Source: an uncultured Candidatus Saccharibacteria bacterium (GTDB lineage: Bacteria > Patescibacteriota > Saccharimonadia > Saccharimonadales > JAGQNJ01). From it: a stretch of 64,000 nt of DNA. Made by a program: the position numbers and the translations under genes. The notes under the pieces are model-generated. The model did no database searches. It had not been told where the DNA came from and saw only the letters and a list, made by a program, of their open reading frames with translations. Shown piece by piece: positions 62,714-64,000 of this stretch (position 1 is the first letter of the stretch; the number at the start of each line of letters is the position of its first letter). Location of the stretch: assembly GCA_964590205.1 (NCBI GenBank), contig CAZPVO010000001.1, positions 175,873 through 239,872 on the forward strand. Direction: 5' to 3'.

Positions 62714-64000
62714 TTGCCGCTAACTACCGTACCAGCGTCGTCTCTTGCTCCATAAGCTCCACTACCCGATCCTGAGCAAGTTTGGACTGATGCTGGGGCT
62801 GAACATATAAAAGTATTGCTTGGCGATTTAAAAACGGTTACTGTGCCTGTTCCACCAGTCCAAGTATATGTATTACTGCCACTCCGATGCAGGTTATCTA
62901 ATTGTCCCGTACTCGCACTTCCGCCACTTACTGGAGTACTGGCAGTTGCATCGTAGAGTACGCTGTCAATAACTTGCGCAGATACCGTTTCGCTGCCGTT
63001 TGGTCTATAACTATGGTATGTGACAGTTCCCGGGTTATCCATACCGTATGATCCGCCCGGTAATTGTTGACCATTGACCGAGAAAATAACCGTGCCTTTA
63101 AACTTATCGCCAGACAGTGGGTGTGTTCCTTGAGCAACTGTTGCACTGAGTTCATAACTACCATCACCGTTAGGGGTTGCAGTTAAACTAATGCTTGGTT
63201 TTACGTCTGCACAATTGTGAACGTCATCTTGCGAGGAAGTATCGGCGCTCGCGCCTGCACCGGTGAACTGATCACCCGAGAACTGATCAGCAGCCGCGTC
63301 CGTGACATCTTGACGAGCCAGAGGTGGCGTGCAGTCGGTCGCTAGTTTATTAGAAACTTTATCGATGGTTCGCTTGGCATTACTTGCTTTCTTATTATTT
63401 TGATACCAAGAAGGGAACAAATCGGTTGCTGGACTTGGCTCAACAGAACCGATACCAACATGTGTTCGAGTTACATAAGCAGGTAATGTCTGAACTCCGG
63501 CAGGCTTAACACGGTCCTCAGGCTTTAGGTTCTTGTGGGCAGCATCCATCCAGCCTTGCCAGATCGGTTGTGTCATATTTTCCATCGTGCCGCTCATAAC
63601 TCGCTGACGGTTATGGTAACCGACCCACACACCAGCGGCGTATTGTGTTGAGAAGCCCATCATCCAACCATCTTTTCCGTCGTTTGTTGTTCCAGTTTTC
63701 ATAGCAAATTTCCAGGTACCCTGGCCGTTGTTATAGCGGTGTGGCTTGCGACCAGCAGGGAAGTAGCTGGCGTTTGGATCGCTCATCATGTCGGCCACAA
63801 TATAAGCGGCATCTGCTCGGACAACCTGCTCGCCTTTTGGTGGCTTCCACTCATCAACTTTTTTACTACTAGCATCTTCAATTTTCAGAATAAATGTCTG
63901 CGGCAGCTGCAAGCCATTTCTTGAAATGGTACTGTAACCGTTGACATGGTCAGTTACGTGTAAATAGGCACCATCGCCAATAGCCGATGAAGCATAGCAA
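62710..64000 (-). CDS. Class A penicillin-binding protein, C-terminal part (partial; frame stays open to the right window edge)
   Basis: KTGTTN transpeptidase motif, followed by an approx. 220-aa Ser/Thr/Gly-rich Ig-like tail. There is no stop between 63912 and 64000 in this frame. Confidence 0.8.
   Translation of the reverse strand, partial: CYASSAIGDGAYLHVTDHVNGYSTISRNGLQLPQTFILKIEDASSKKVDEWKPPKGEQVVRADAAYIVADMMSDPNASYFPAGRKPHRYNNGQGTWKFAMKTGTTNDGKDGWMMGFSTQYAAGVWVGYHNRQRVMSGTMENMTQPIWQGWMDAAHKNLKPEDRVKPAGVQTLPAYVTRTHVGIGSVEPSPATDLFPSWYQNNKKASNAKRTIDKVSNKLATDCTPPLARQDVTDAAADQFSGDQFTGAGASADTSSQDDVHNCADVKPSISLTATPNGDGSYELSATVAQGTHPLSGDKFKGTVIFSVNGQQLPGGSYGMDNPGTVTYHSYRPNGSETVSAQVIDSVLYDATASTPVSGGSASTGQLDNLHRSGSNTYTWTGGTGTVTVFKSPSNTFICSAPASVQTCSGSGSGAYGARDDAGTVVSGN

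Noticed and set aside
1-64000. tRNA, rRNA, tmRNA, RNase P RNA, SRP RNA, CRISPR arrays, IS elements, integrases
   Set aside because: I scanned all intergenic spacers by eye. None shows the T-arm GGTTCRANYC plus acceptor geometry, and none contains the conserved RNase P or SRP core strings. I saw no regularly spaced direct repeats and no transposase or integrase-like ORFs. A tRNAscan, Infernal or CRISPR-finder run would be the definitive check.

Overview
Dense, almost fully coding 64-kb chromosomal window with about 66 protein genes on both strands. I found no rRNA, tRNA, CRISPR array, transposase or integrase. Same-strand neighbours often overlap by 1-8 nt (ATGA, TAATG, GTGA junctions), and convergent neighbours overlap by 4-41 nt. 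From gene content I infer a reduced-genome CPR/Patescibacteria organism, probably Saccharibacteria-like. The evidence is a split transketolase, a compact gap-rpiB-rpe-tkt-fba-pfkB sugar-phosphate operon, gatCAB, many N-terminally anchored surface proteins, pilin-like genes with a PilB-type ATPase, and only isolated pyrimidine genes. Housekeeping genes recognised by motif: pheST, uvrB, dnaE, nusA, clpC, radA, rplS, rnhB, pepN, trxB, ppa, galU, a fused otsA/otsB, malic enzyme and a class A PBP (partial at the right edge). The most interesting unexplained loci follow. (1) 32071-34826: an orphan FtsK/HerA/VirD4-superfamily ATPase with an unrecognised N-terminal domain, coupled to a Cys/His-rich protein with a 6/12-residue repeat. 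(2) 25372-28066: four tandem pilin-like genes in an A-B-A-B pattern, of which only one keeps the canonical G|FTxxE prepilin motif. (3) 22493-25278: two unrecognisable proteins next to a LOG/SLOG-type Rossmann protein. (4) A family of three diverged palindromic intergenic elements at about 5187-5354, 14052-14172 and 46242-46339. (5) A near-perfect CIRCE operator on the clpC promoter, directly after an ACP-like gene whose phosphopantetheine-attachment Ser is Ala. (6) A recurrent extended -10 box (TGnTACAAT or TATAAT) only 6-11 nt before the ATG, implying leaderless or very short-leader mRNAs. All calls come from reading the sequence and translations by eye; no database search was run.
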